A stretch of DNA of 63,942 nt, filler included, from Thelocarpon superellum (taxonomy: Eukaryota): assembly GCA_026025795.1 (NCBI GenBank). It is 6 parts of 6 records of this genome, joined end to end, with 100 filler letters (N's around TTAATTAATTAA, not from the genome) between each part and the next. Parts side by side here need not be neighbours in the genome. Positions count along the whole stretch, not along the records: positions 34,187 to 45,348 come from JAPEUG010000510.1; positions 45,449 to 56,609 come from JAPEUG010000511.1; 4 more parts are not named here. The stretch is one strand, 5' to 3'. The position numbers and the translations under genes are program-made. Below, piece by piece: positions 35,694 to 48,285 of the stretch. The number at the start of each line of letters is the position of its first letter. The stretch's first letter is position 1. The notes below the pieces were generated by a model. The model did no database searches. It saw nothing but the letters and a program-made list of their open reading frames with translations, and was not told the origin of the DNA.

Positions 35694-37588
35694 TTACTTA
35701 CGAAAGAGCTTGTTCTTCGCGAGGTCTTCCAGAGTGTATTCCGAGTCCATGTCGTTGACGCACACACGACGATGCGAGCCAGGTGTGGCAAAGGTACTCG
35801 GCGACGAAGAGGCCGACGAGACGGAAGATCTCGTCTCATGTCCGTTGCCGGCACGCCCGCTAGGACTGCGGTAGTTGTCACCGAGACGATGACCATGCGT
35901 GGTAGAGCGGGCGCGGGTCCGCGCACGGGAGCGAGGGTGCATGAACGGTGTGTCATTCTCGTTGGCGTTCATGTCTGCGTCGACAAAGGCGCCATTGTCG
36001 CACATTGCTGCTGATACACCCGTTCCTGCGCCCGTGTGCTTTGTTGCTCCGCGCTCCCCGTCAGTCGGGGAGGAAGAGCGGGGGGGCGTGGCATTCAGGA
36101 TGAGAGCATCGCGGTAGGTGCGTCCAGGCGTGTGAAATGATCTCTCGCTCCCGCTTCGCGAGCGGGAGGAATCGGTTTGGGCGTGGCGATGGGGAGATGG
36201 GAGCACGAACTTGAACACGGCCGCTCCAGCTTCGGCGCGACTAGGCGTCATGCGGCGATCTTTGCGCTCGTTGAGCGGCCCGTCATCTCCGTCCGTGGTC
36301 GCCCCTGGGGTCACAGACCCGTTGCTTGGTCCTTCGGTGAGGGGCTCGTCCACGACTGCTTCCTCCGGTGCAGGGGTCCTCGTAGCGTCACTGGTGATCT
36401 TGACACCACTCTCCCAATCCCACTCCTGGTTGTTGTGGACCATTTCGTCGTAGGTCTTCTTGTGGACGTAGCGCCAATATCCGTCCATGCGCATCCTCGT
36501 CGCTTTTTCTTCATTCTCCACCATGGTCAGGTCCTTGAAGATGGCGTCACATAGCTTCCCAAGCAGGCCCTTCGTCTCCCTATTCGCCACGGCCGCCTCG
36601 AAGTTCACATTCAAGCGCGGCAGAATCCTCGCAGGTACAGAGGCTGTGCCTTTGCTCGGCGTGATCTTGGCCGTCGCTTCGACCCACGTGCGATTCGCCG
36701 GATTCCTCACGAGTTGATCCTTACCGCCTCGCCAGCCAGCATAGTCGCTGAGAGGCACATGCTGGGGCTCGGTGAGGATTTCGGCGTGGAGGTCATCCTG
36801 CGGTATCGGTTCATGCAGCGCTGATCGAACGCGGTCCACGTCTTCGCGAGCGAATGTGGTAAGGTTCCGGTGGCGCGACTGTGACTTGCTTGCCTTCAAG
36901 ACCGCCTTGGCCGCGCGCTTGTTCTCAGGCTTGGATCTGGGGTCCGCTGGATAGCTCGTTTTGTTGTCCCTCGCATCGTCTTGCTCCGGTGTCGTGTTCT
37001 CGTCGTGAAGATCGGGCTCTGTCGCTGGACGCCTCACTCCATGCTTGGCAGCCGCAGCGCCCGCCTTGGGGCCGATGATAAGACTCCCGTCTTCCGTCAC
37101 GAGGCTTGGGCGGCGACTTTGCGACCCGAGATCGTCGCCAGGAGCAGTTTCGACATCTGGGTCATCATGATGCTGGATCTCCCACACCAGCTTTGCAATC
37201 TCGCGGTGACGTTTGTCGTGCAGCTCCGAGCTCTTGCGGCAGCTACCCTCCGCTATCAGTATCATTTGACTTGGACGAGATGGAATGCTCACGAGTCGCA
37301 GTTATGGCTCTGTCCTTTCAAAACGTCAGCTCGCGGACTACCAGGCAACGTCTGAAAAAGCCTACCGACGAAATGAAGAGTCTTGTGGTATTTGATACAG
37401 ACTTCTTCATGCTTGCCGAAGCAAGTCTTCTTGGCCTTGGCGCTCGACAGGACCGTCTTGCACGTTCCACATTTATGGTCTGGAGGAGTCAACGTCGGAG
37501 CACAACCCCATGGATTCGCCCAGCTTGTACCTAGTGCTGCAGTATCCTCCCATCTGTACACAAGACCCTTGCGAAACTTTTCCGCCAT
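35694..37588 (-). CDS. Fungal hypothetical protein with Cys/His-rich N-terminus, two short introns
   Basis: Long ORF with RMRMDGYWRYVHKKTYDEMVHNNQEWDWESG block; spliceable upstream exons from MAEKFRKG. Confidence 0.72.
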
Positions 37589-38812
37589 CTTGGCCGGCCT
37601 GCTGTTGTCAATGCTGCTGTTCGCTGGCATACCGAAGACAAGATGCTAGGACTGGTCAGGCAGCAGATGATCTCTTATATGCTCTGGCAGTTGGTAGGAT
37701 CCGATACGCTTCCGCTAGTCAAGCTGTTCACGGCTTCAGATGAGGCCTTGAGATCTGGACGCTCAATCTTGCCGATACGGAGGGAGGGGGGAACGGCGTG
37801 ATTTCGGATACACGGGAACGGTATCGCAGATCCTGAACTGGATCCCAAGGCCTAGCATGTCAGTCTGGAACAGCATCTAGGACACGCGGCACGGACATGG
37901 AACCTTTGAGCGATGTGGGTCCTGAGCAGCTTCTCGTTCGGCGAGGCCAGTGTATCTGCGCTCTCTCGGCGAAGGGTCAAAGAGGATGATCTCGAGCCTC
38001 GGCTTTGGGGCTTGGAACCTGGGTGCGTATGCGTATGCGTGCGGATGGTTGGGTGTAGGAGAGTGCAAAGAGGAGAGCAAGATGGGCGGCGGTAGAGAAG
38101 GGATGAATGGAACGATGCACGAAACATGAAAGTCTTGGGTCCAGAGATCCAGCTGGACAAGGAGACGCGCGGCCCAGCAACACCACATCACGCACTGGCG
38201 CCATGACAACGCCGTGACAGTGCCAGATGTTGGACGGTGAATGCTCGTGGTTGATGAAATGTTATCGTCTTTCTTTGCGGTCAATCTCCACGCGAGGGCG
38301 ATGCTTTCACTGTGGATGATGGGACGGACGTCGGCTCTCTAAAAGTTCGGAACATGACGGGCGACGCTGGCGAGAACAAGGTCAAGCACGGGTCTCACCC
38401 ATCAAGATCACGGGACGTTGCAGGGACAAGGCTGAGACCGCGTCCTCAGGAGACTCGCCTCTCGGATGGAAGAATGAACCCGAATCAGGCACTCACGATG
38501 GGAAACCACACAATTGCGAGCTCTACACGGCGAAATCGGCTCATGCAGGGCCGCGTCCCCGGCACTTCACGTTGGGCAACTTGAGAGATGGGACGTGAGC
38601 CGGTTAGAAATGGCACAGGGTGATGCATTGCTTTTGGGGATCTCGATAGCGACAGCCAGACCCACTGACTTGGAGCCTCTTGACACGTTGAGGTGAGGGG
38701 GGCGTGGATCAGGATGGGGGCAGACGTTGAGGTCTGCGAGGTTGCAGAAAGGGCTACAGGGCGGCTCGCTCCAATCTGACCCGAGCTGGTAGCAGAACAG
38801 CGATCCACGCTC

Positions 38813-41800
38813 CTACAGGTCCCGCACCAAACGTGCACCCGCCCATGCGTACGGATAGTTGCGTTGGTACCAGTTCACACTACCTCGCGTCAACCATGGC
38901 GATCTCTTCCAAAAAGACACGGACCACTCACAAGGTCTTCCGACCGGCAACCCGAGGGTGGGTCGCCCAGGAACCGCCGACCACGACGTTATGCTTGCCA
39001 TCGAAGAAATCCTCTGCCACGGTCAGTGCCCCGTCGCTCTCATCCTTCCCTTTGACGCCCGCGATCTTACCCGTGTATCCTGGATACAGCGCCATGGGTT
39101 GAAATCCTTGATATCCCTCCAGCACCGAGCTGGTCCATTCCCACGCCCCGCCACCCTCGCCTTGACCACACAGCCGGTTGCCCTGCTGCGTGATGGGCAC
39201 GGGGTGCCAGTGTTGAAAGCCGACGTTACAGCCATCGAGATGGCAGAACAGGTGACGTGGATCTAGACTCGCAGTGGTGCGGGAGGCATCGTTCGGCAAA
39301 GGGCGTGATGGAGGCGATTCTTCCACACCATCGTTCGAAAGATGCCTGCCGACGTTGAGGACGAGTTCACCGCGCAGTCATGCCACTTACCCATTCACGG
39401 CGGCGATGCGTTTGGCGAGCACCTGGTTTGCTTCTTCCGCCTTATGCTCGTCCACATAGCCGTAGATGCTCCGCGTTTCCTCCAGCGTAGGGATGCGTCC
39501 ATTCATCCACTTGGCGTATCGTGCCAGCTCATCGTACGAGGCCATGACGGGCCAGTCCAGCGCTTGCGACAGAGGAACAGGCCCGTACACGGTTCGGACG
39601 AACTTGCTTTCCAGAAAAGACGCGCTGGCCCCGTGAGCGGCGCCATTGACGATCCCATTTGTTCCCGCGGCGACTCCATTTCTGGTGTCCCCGTTGGTGG
39701 AGTGGGCATCGGCCCCGGCGGTCTCGGTCCACGAGGCGGGCACGGCTTTCGCTGTGCTGTGCTCGAGATAGGCCGCATACTCTCCATTGGTGATCAGGCG
39801 GGCCTTCGCGGTGAAGGAGGGGACTACGACCTCGCGTCGGGGCTTTTCGTTATCCCATCCGAAGTAGCGATCCGGACCAGCGTCGTCCTCGGGATCCTGC
39901 AAGCCGAGCGTGACCCGCCGCTCCGGGAGAGTGAACCATTCATTGGGTACGGCCTGCGTAGCGGCCTGACGCGCCACGGCCGCGAAGTCAGGCTGGACCC
40001 GCGCGGGCGGCGGCAAGATCCAGTCACTCTGGATGAGCATGTAGAGCAGGGTCTCCAGATGCATGATCTCATGCTCAAACGCGAGCCAAAGCGCGCGTCC
40101 CAGCCGCGGGGAGAGCGGTGGCGCATCGGGACGGTACAGTGCCCGGACCCGATTCCGGACGCGAGACTGGTAAGCCAGCAGTTCTTTCAGGGGAGGCCAG
40201 TCCTCGGGAATCTCACTGTGAGCGTGGCAGTGGTCGGGGTTGTCTACATCCGGGTCGATGCCGCGCTCGAAGATGCGCGGGTACTCGGCCGGGGTCGTGG
40301 GAACGCCATCCGTCGCACGGGTCAGACGTATATCCAAGAAGCAGGGAATATGTCCCAGGTAGAAGATGCAGGCATTGCGCAGCTTGATGGGCTTGGACAG
40401 CAGCTCAGCTTTCGGGATCATTCCCTGCGTCACGGTGTCCCACGCGGCCCAAAGATCTTCCCAGTCCTTGGGATAGCTCGGTACGGGCCGAGCCGCATAC
40501 TCGGCCGGATCGAGCGGGTAGGAGAAGGCGGGTCGGGACAGCATGTGGAGGACTGGAGATGGTCGCGCGTGGTTAGTCGAGGTATGAGGGACACAATAGG
40601 GAGCAGCGATAGCGAGAACGCGATACGGGTACAGAGGCAGCAGGAGAGGCTGGGGAGCTTCGATGGAGGGGGGACTGCCGACGGGGATATGAGGGCCAAT
40701 ATGCGAGTTGTTATCAGATCAAAACACCGTTATCAGTAGGATGGAAATCCTCGGAAGACGGGCTCTTTCGACATGCTTAAGCTCCCGGCCGCGAGCTCAC
40801 GGCCGGCCGAAAAGCCGGCCGGCCAGGCCTCATGACGCACGCCCGTGGGCCACAGCGTGGAGGGTCAGCGCGCAACACTGGAGAGCTCCGCGGCTGCCCG
40901 AATTACTTTGGCGCTAACCGGAGTCGGATGTAGCATGACAAGCGGGGTCGTGGGACCTGGGCGGGATCCAGTCCCAGTTGTGGCCGAGGAAAACGGGCGC
41001 CCTCCACGAATCTCGCTAAGCGGGATAACCCAGCTTGACTCGGCTAGCATAAATGCCCGGCCAAGGGCGTGAGCGGCGCACAACCGCGAGGTGGCGTGAC
41101 AAGCGAAGACGGCGTCGGAACGCAAGACAGGGCCATTCACCAACATGACAAATAACTTGACCCACCCTGACAAAGATGGAATCGGCAATGGGAATCAAAG
41201 CAAGATTGGCTTACAGTAGTATGCCCCCTCGTTCCCCCACCGCGCCCCTTCGACTAGACCCGCGCGCGACCAGAGACGGCTGCTTTGTGCTTGCGAGTAT
41301 TTGCAACTTTCCTCGATCCGAATCCGCTCGCCCGCGATGAAGTGGACGCCTTCCAGGTCCAGATCGCGGCGCGGCGAATAGAATGCATGGTGACGGCCGG
41401 TCGCCGCATCGTATTCGCCAAAGACGGTCCAGTCATCCTGGCTGAAGACCTCCCGGCCGAGAAGGGCATTGGCGTGGGTGAAGCCGTTGCGTAGAAATCG
41501 ATGAGTGACGCCCTGGCGGTCATTGTACGCATGGTAAACCTTAGCGCCGTCTTGGCAGGCATCCAGTCCGATCAACATTGAGTCTTCGGGTCGTAGGACG
41601 CAGCCGAAGCGGGCCAGGAACTGCGTCGCGTCCTCGCGAGCAAAGTTGCCGATGCTTGATCCGAGCGAGAGGATGCACTTGGGCCGGGCCAGGTTGGCGG
41701 GTTGCTGAAGCCAGGCCAGGCCGTCGTCGTAGGTTCCATGGAGGCCACGGCACTTCACAAATTGATAGGTGTCCGGGACTTGAGCCAGCGTGCGCTGCAG

Positions 41801-42393
41801 CTCGGGCAGCGACAGATCCAGCGCATAATAGTCGATCGCTTTGCCACGATGCTCGAGCGCGCGGAGCAAGATGTTCACTTTCCGGAGATTGCTAAGCTGT
41901 CATCAGTCACGCCGCGCCCAAGCATCTGTAATTGCGACAACGAATGGAGGTCGCCATCAGGGACAGAGCGCCTCATCGCCGACGGGATGGGGTGCGAGCT
42001 GGGAGGGTAGGCCTACCCACTGCCCAACTCGACCACGATCGATCCCGCGCTGATGCGCTCGGCGATCTCGCCGGCATAGCGTTCCAACGTCTCGATCTCG
42101 GCGTTGGTCAGATAATACTCGTCCAGGTAGGTGATCTCCTCGAAGAGCTTCAACCCCGTCTCGTCGTAGAGGAGGAGTGTGGGCATCTGCTTCTCCTCCC
42201 CGGGTGGCGGGTGCAGCTTGGTCATCAGGTCATCACGGATGGAATGCTCAATCGTGTGGCGGCGGATGTCGATGATGCCGTCATCCGCCGAGCCTGGAGA
42301 CGGTATGTCTGGGGCCAGGCCAACGGCAGCGGCTTTGGTGACCCGTCCCCGCTCCACACGAGCTTCGTCCTCAAACGTTCGAGAGGGTGGCAT
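38813..42393 (-). CDS. EGT1: Ergothioneine biosynthesis protein 1 (histidine trimethyltransferase fused to hercynylcysteine sulfoxide synthase)
   Basis: MPTLLLYDETGLKLFEEITYLDEYYLT, VELGSG, LGSSIGNF; iron-binding FYLGHIP and FEHEIMHLETLLYM; FGE-like FGWDNEKP, WEWT, GGSWATHPR, NWYQRNYPYAWAGARL. Confidence 0.96.
40696..40737 (-). promoter_or_regulatory. Tandem GATA sites (ATCTGATAA, ACTGATAA) with adjacent CCAAT inside the EGT1 intron
   Basis: ttatcagat 40711-40719 and ttatcagt 40730-40737; the first matches the SreA/Fep1 consensus ATCWGATAA; function untested. Confidence 0.4.
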
Positions 42394-44087
42394 GATGAAG
42401 GAGGATCGACAGGATTGCAGGGGCGCGGCAGACGAAATATTTGGGACTGATGATGGACCTGTACTTGTACTCGCAGGCTCCAGTAGCTCCGTCGTCGGCA
42501 GATGCACAAAGCCATCATGGCGTCGGACGCGGGGGGCGCCATGAAGTCAAGCATCGAGGCTTGACGAGGCATATGCGCCCACTCTGCAGGTGCGCTTGTG
42601 AGCAAGGGGGCATCCGGGAGCTAGGGGGCGTGTCCGGCAAGAGCTGTGGGCCGGAACAGCGCCCTGGCGCACTCGCGTCCTGGGTGTGGTCGGGACGCGG
42701 CGTGATGACCGCGAGACCACGCCGACTAGTGGCCCTACCGGCCCCCGCGGCGTCGACAGAGAGGCAGGTGTTGACACCCGTGGCCAGGTCTCTGGCGGGT
42801 CTGACGGCCTGGCTGAGGGACTTCTGAAAGCTTATTCGCCGGGGTCCAATTTTTGTGTGTGTCTGTCGTCACTGTCAGTGACACCTTTCCTCTCTGCGTC
42901 GCCTCGCCTCTTCCCCCAGACTTGCCCGGGACCACGCGTGCGCGCATCAGCGTCTGACCTCCCGCACCGTACCGAGGGTAGCGCGAGTCCGGGAGGGCAG
43001 GTGGGTGGGTGGGTGAGTTAAGGCACCGACCTGGCCGGGCGGCCGTGGCTGGGCGGCCGTGGCTCGATGACCGACGCAAAGCGTACGGATGACCAACCAT
43101 CGCGACCCCGCCGAGCAACGCAGCATGCGAGCTCGACCTCGTACTCGTATGGAGGAAGCAGCTGCCTTGACCAGGCCAGAATGCGCGGGTCCATTGCTAC
43201 GCAATAGTCCTACGGTCAGCCGGACGGCGGAGCCGCGCAAACAAGTATTATTTGACGCTCGTCTAACATACTCTTCTGTTCTAGATTTCCGGCTTAGCAA
43301 CGGTCGAGCCCTGCCCTAACAGACTCGTACGCTGTCCCCCCAGTTGCAAGCCCCATATCATTTTCCATCTTAGCCGAGTGTGTGCACTAGCGCAACGCCC
43401 GAATTCTCATCGTCAGTACACGCACATTCTCTCCGTCAGTTTTGCCTTGAAGCGCGTCATAAGTCAGTGCCTCTGAATGACCGCGCCCTTGTGGAGAGGG
43501 AGATCCGTTCGGTATTGGGTCGGTGCATCTCGACCATGCCTACACCTACATCCCACGCAAACGGCTTTGGAGGGACGGTACTACAACGGCACACAGTACA
43601 CGGTCCCACCGCATATTTGACGAGGTCACTCGATCGTCCTGTTTCCACCACATGACTGAATTGGTCTGTGTGATTACACGAGCATAATACCATTTGACCT
43701 GCTCTCACACGTTGGCCATCATAGGTCGTACCTTCTACGCAATGAATGTGTGGTCGTGCATGCACGCGGAGGCCGATCGCAGTACGAAAGCAGTCTTGCC
43801 TCCGAGTTCCCTAGGATAATGGCATGTTGAGCCCTGGTTTATCCTGTTCCAAGCTGTATTAGAAGACAGTCTTGATATATTGATGAGGCCCACAACACCC
43901 ACAGTGCCGCAGATTCAAGCCCTTAGGTCCTCCGATCTTTGCTCTCCTTGTCAGAGACGAATCCATGGTTCCGACGCAGGAATGCTTTGCACAAATCCAA
44001 TAGCCGTCCCTTCAGCATGTCCGACAGAGATGGCGATCTTCTCCGGCTCGTCTCATTGAGCAGCGACGAGCAAAAGTCATGTGAGGA

Positions 44088-45348
44088 TCACCCGTCGACG
44101 GTGTCGTGCAGGTCTGGAAAAGAATCGCCGCCTGTTCCTCTCTCCAGCTCGTGGTCCCCACCCCCAGACCATGCTTCCTTGTTGTCGCCCGCGCCGTCTT
44201 TGGCTAAGAGCTCTTCGGGGACGCTGGTCAAGGGATGGCGCGACCGCGTCGATCGCGACGGATCCACACTCTGCGAGGTCGTGTTGGGCCGAGCGCGGCG
44301 AAGTAGGGGGCGCATGATGGGCAAGCACGCGCAGACGATTGCCAGATTCACCTCGATCACCGTCCAAATATCTGGGTCGTACACATTCCCTGAGATAGTC
44401 AGCTAGTCGCCCTACCACGAATGAGGTCTGTCGCAAAGACGTACAGGTCGAGTCAAGAGTGAAGACCTGTCCAAGAGTGGTAATGCGGATGATGCTCGCA
44501 ACAGTGACGCTAGCTCGAGGGTCAGTCTCCACGGAAGCATTTGCACGATGCATTCGGGCACCTACAAGCTGCCCAGCACGAAGATGCCGGTCAAGGCAAG
44601 CTTCTGTCGGCTAGAAATCTGCAATCGCCACACCATGGGCATCGGCATGATCAGGACGATGACGTCGCTAGTAATGGTCAAGGCTCCCTCCGCCAGAAGG
44701 AAGGCGTACGAGTCGATGCACGTGGACTCGAAGCTTTTGTCCCAGAATCCCGAGATGGGTCGACACTGAAAGATGGCCACGAGGAGCGCGGTCAAAGTCA
44801 CAAGGGTGTTGAAGGCAACGACTATGTACCATGCAATTCGGAAACCGCGAGACGGGAAGATTTGCTTGTAGAAGACCAGGAGCGACAGCTTCACGAAGTA
44901 GAGGCAGAGCGAGTATAGGAAAAGATAAGCATAGAGGCTCTAGACCACCAGCATGCGTCGTCAGCCCCGCGCGACTTGGATGAGTCTTCTCCATCATCAT
45001 CACCGACCTTGAGGTAGTTCTCCACTCCTTCTATCGTGCCAGCCAAGAGATGCTTCCCCAATCCATACCGAAGGGCTATAACATCGTCAGCACACTCGGC
45101 CCAGCAACCGTTTTGCAGGAAGGTCTCACAAAGCATCTGATCCGTCAACAGCCCGTACGCCATGAACTATTGAGAAATTAGTATCGAGGAAGATGCCGAA
45201 CCGCCTGGTCCTACCAGCGGCTGTCACGTACCAAAGATAGAAGGACAAAGAAGTCATCCAATTGCCACAACAGCTTCGTGATCCATCGTGCCCAGAGTCG
45301 CAGGGCCACTGACACGGATGCGAGGAAGACCATGCATACGTTGATGGC
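44088..45348 (-). CDS. PTH11-like (fungal rhodopsin domain) integral membrane protein, 5'-truncated
   Basis: WDDFF, YGLGKH, KLSLLVFYKQIF, FQCRPISGFWD..C, DVIVLIMPMPMVWRLQ, WTVIEVNLAIVCACLP. Confidence 0.9.
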
Positions 45349-45448
45349 NNNNNNNNNNNNNNNNNNNNNNNNNNNNNNNNNNNNNNNNNNNNTTAATTAA
45401 TTAANNNNNNNNNNNNNNNNNNNNNNNNNNNNNNNNNNNNNNNNNNNN
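45349..45448. other. Artificial contig linker
   Basis: N-run with TTAATTAATTAA. Confidence 0.99.
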
Positions 45449-48285
45449 GTGACGTAACTTACCAATCCCGCATACTGGCCATCTCGGAGCACGCAGATAT
45501 ACCGAAGGCCAAGCTTGACGAAACACTCATACACCAGGTCCATCGGCGACCGGATCTCAAGTGCCACCGGTGCCTAGACCCGTCAGTAAATGTGGTCTCG
45601 AGGACAAGGGAAGTTGGCGTACCGGATCAATATAAGGAGTAAAATCCGTCGGATCTATGCCGTTGAAATCCTCATCCTCGGATCCTCCTTCGCTTTGTGC
45701 CGCCATAAGACACAGCGCGCTGCTCTCGTTCTCGAGCTTGTCCAAGGCAAATTCCAGGTCAGGTGCTGGGATGAGACCAACGAGGATGCTGTTCCGCAGC
45801 AACGGCAGACCGCCATCTAGTTCGCCGGCAAGGTGGAGCACCTCAAGCTTGTGTCGAAGATCCGTTGCCAGGACCAAAGGCGAATGGGAGATATCGATCA
45901 CTCGTTCTTTGCGACGGCGTGGCGTAATGTCCGCCAGCTCTCCCGTAAAGATGGGCCGGACCTTGTTATCCAAGAATGGATACGAGTTCATGTCGGTGAG
46001 CAGGTCCTGTGATCATTAGATGTGCACAGACTTGAAGACTCGGGAGAACAAAGGGCGTCGGGACATACGTAGATGCTCAGCGGTTCCAAGGCATCCGCCG
46101 TCCACTTCGAGACAAGCACGGCAATGGAAAAGGGAAGAACGTGGTCGAGACTCCCCGTCAGCTCGAAGAGGATCACCGCCAGCGTCACCGAGAGACGTGT
46201 CACACCACACATGGTCGCTCCGGCCGCAACCATGGCGTAGACTCCTGGTTCCACGCAGGCCGCAGCCCCCGCACCCGCCGGACAGCTGCTGAAAAGAGAA
46301 AAGTCCGGAAAGCGAAAGACGAGGTACTGCACCAGATGGCCGACGATCCGACCGAGGAGGCCGCCCACCACCATGGACGGAACATAGATGCCCGCTGGAA
46401 CCTTGATGCCAAAGGTGATGGTCGTAAGGATGCTCTTGATGACAAACGCAATCGACAGATACCACATCACGTCCGGAATCTGCTCTCCTCGCGGGCAGAG
46501 ACCCGTCCCGAGCAGCTCGTCGTTGTCACACGGACTCGCCAGCTCGAGCAGCAGCTCCGTCACGGGCAATTTGGTAAAGCGATTCCAGTAGCTCACCAGG
46601 CCCGTTATTACCGCCACCAGCATCACTTCCAGCGAGGGGAATCGTTTGACCATCGGGAGACGGCGAAAGGTCCGTGCCCAAAAGCGGGAGGCCTTGATGA
46701 AGAGCGCGCCCACTGCGCCACCCATCACGCCCAGAAGAATGAAGGCGATCATCTCAAAGAACATCCAGTCCGTGTCGTATCGGACCTCGAAGATGACGAT
46801 CTTGTTGGTGCCATAAGGGTTGAGGAACTTCAGGGAGAGCGCCGCGGCGATGCAACAGAAGAAGGTACGGAACAAGGTCTTGGGGGGGAAGTAATAACTA
46901 ACTTCCTCCAGACTAAACAGTACGCCGCCGATGGGCGCGCCAAAGGCCACAGCGACGCCACTCGCCGCACTGGCGCTGAGGACCTCACGTCGCTTGCCGT
47001 CGTTGTCGTTGTACTTGGAGAAGAGACGGCATGACACGTTGCCAACGCAGGTGGCAATGTGCACAAATGGTCCCTCCTTGCCGATGCTCAGCCCGGACGC
47101 GACGCTCAGCACCAGGGCCAAGGTTTTGATGACCAAGGTCTTGACCCCCAAGTATCCGTGAAGCACGAACCCGCTCAGGATCACCTTGACCTCGGCCACG
47201 CCGCTGCCAGCCGCGGAGTAATAGACCATCGGCGCCGGGTTCATCGGGACGTTCTCGTGCGCGATCGGATGGGGCTGTGTCCCTTTGTCATTGTTGCCCG
47301 CGGTCGCCGCATGGTGATCTGCCCCGAGATTCTCGTCCAAGGTGGACAAGCGCACAGTCGAGGGTACGACGGTCTTGGAGATCAAGGTGATGATGCAGGA
47401 GAGAGTCGCGAAGAGGATGACGACAGCGACGTAGGCAGCAAAATCCGTCCAGTAGGCATCGATCTGGTTGAACGGACCGCGGTGATGGAAAACCTCGGAC
47501 CAGGAGGCCCAGCTCTCGCATGATGTGGCCATGTCCAGGCAACACTTCCGCTGGCTGAAGTACCATCCGTCGCGGCAGTATCCGAACTTGAGATCGAAGA
47601 TGACCGATTCCGTGACGTCGACGAAATATGCAATGGTGGCGGTGATGCAGCCGATGATGGCCACGAGGATCCATCCCTGCATGCTGTCGAACCACGCCCA
47701 TAGCCGGCCTCGAAGGTCCTTCCGACTCCGCAGCGCCTTCAGACGATAGGCGTCGGCGATACTGTCGTGGACCCAGTCGGTCGAGGTGAATTGATCGTAC
47801 CACACCCGGTCCGTCTGGAAGAGGGAACTCTTGAGGTCATCGATGCTCGCCTCACCAAAGGTGTTGTTACGACTCGTGCTCAGGGCCGTGAGTAGACGGT
47901 GCGAGAAGGAGGCGGCTCGACTATGATGGCGGGCGGTGCGGAAGCTCTCGAGCGTGCTGTGACTCCGCGAGAGCGGGGCCCGTGGAGTCGTGGTCCCGCT
48001 GCCTTGGTTGGTGGCCGGGACGCTGGCATAGGATCGAGCGCGACCGTTGAAGCTGCCGAGCAAACTCGAGTTCTCGTCCACGAGAGAGGGTAACCGGGTG
48101 GGCAATCGGCTGTGAAGATCCAGGTCCGACGTCCGGGACGAGTGGAAACGTCTTGACCAGGTGGGGGAGCTGTTGGGTCCAGTGGCACTTCGCCAAAGGC
48201 CTGCATCTCCGTCATTGTCCTCCGCTTCGTCGTCTTCGTCCGGCCGGCGTGGAGGGAGACGGAGGGAAGCCACGGATCGAGGCAT
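45449..48285 (-). CDS. CLC-family chloride channel/Cl-H+ antiporter, 3'-truncated
   Basis: GSGVAEVK, GKEGP (gating Glu), FGAPIGGVLFSLEE, PAGIYVPS, FELTG; C-terminal CBS region. Confidence 0.94.

Noticed and set aside
39342..40739. 465-aa plus-strand ORF antisense to EGT1
   Set aside because: Mirror of the EGT1 coding exon; no recognisable domain
40553..41214. EGT1 intron as telomerase RNA, RNase P/MRP, snoRNA or TPP riboswitch
   Set aside because: No TAACCCTAA template, no clear C box, no P4 or TPP consensus visible
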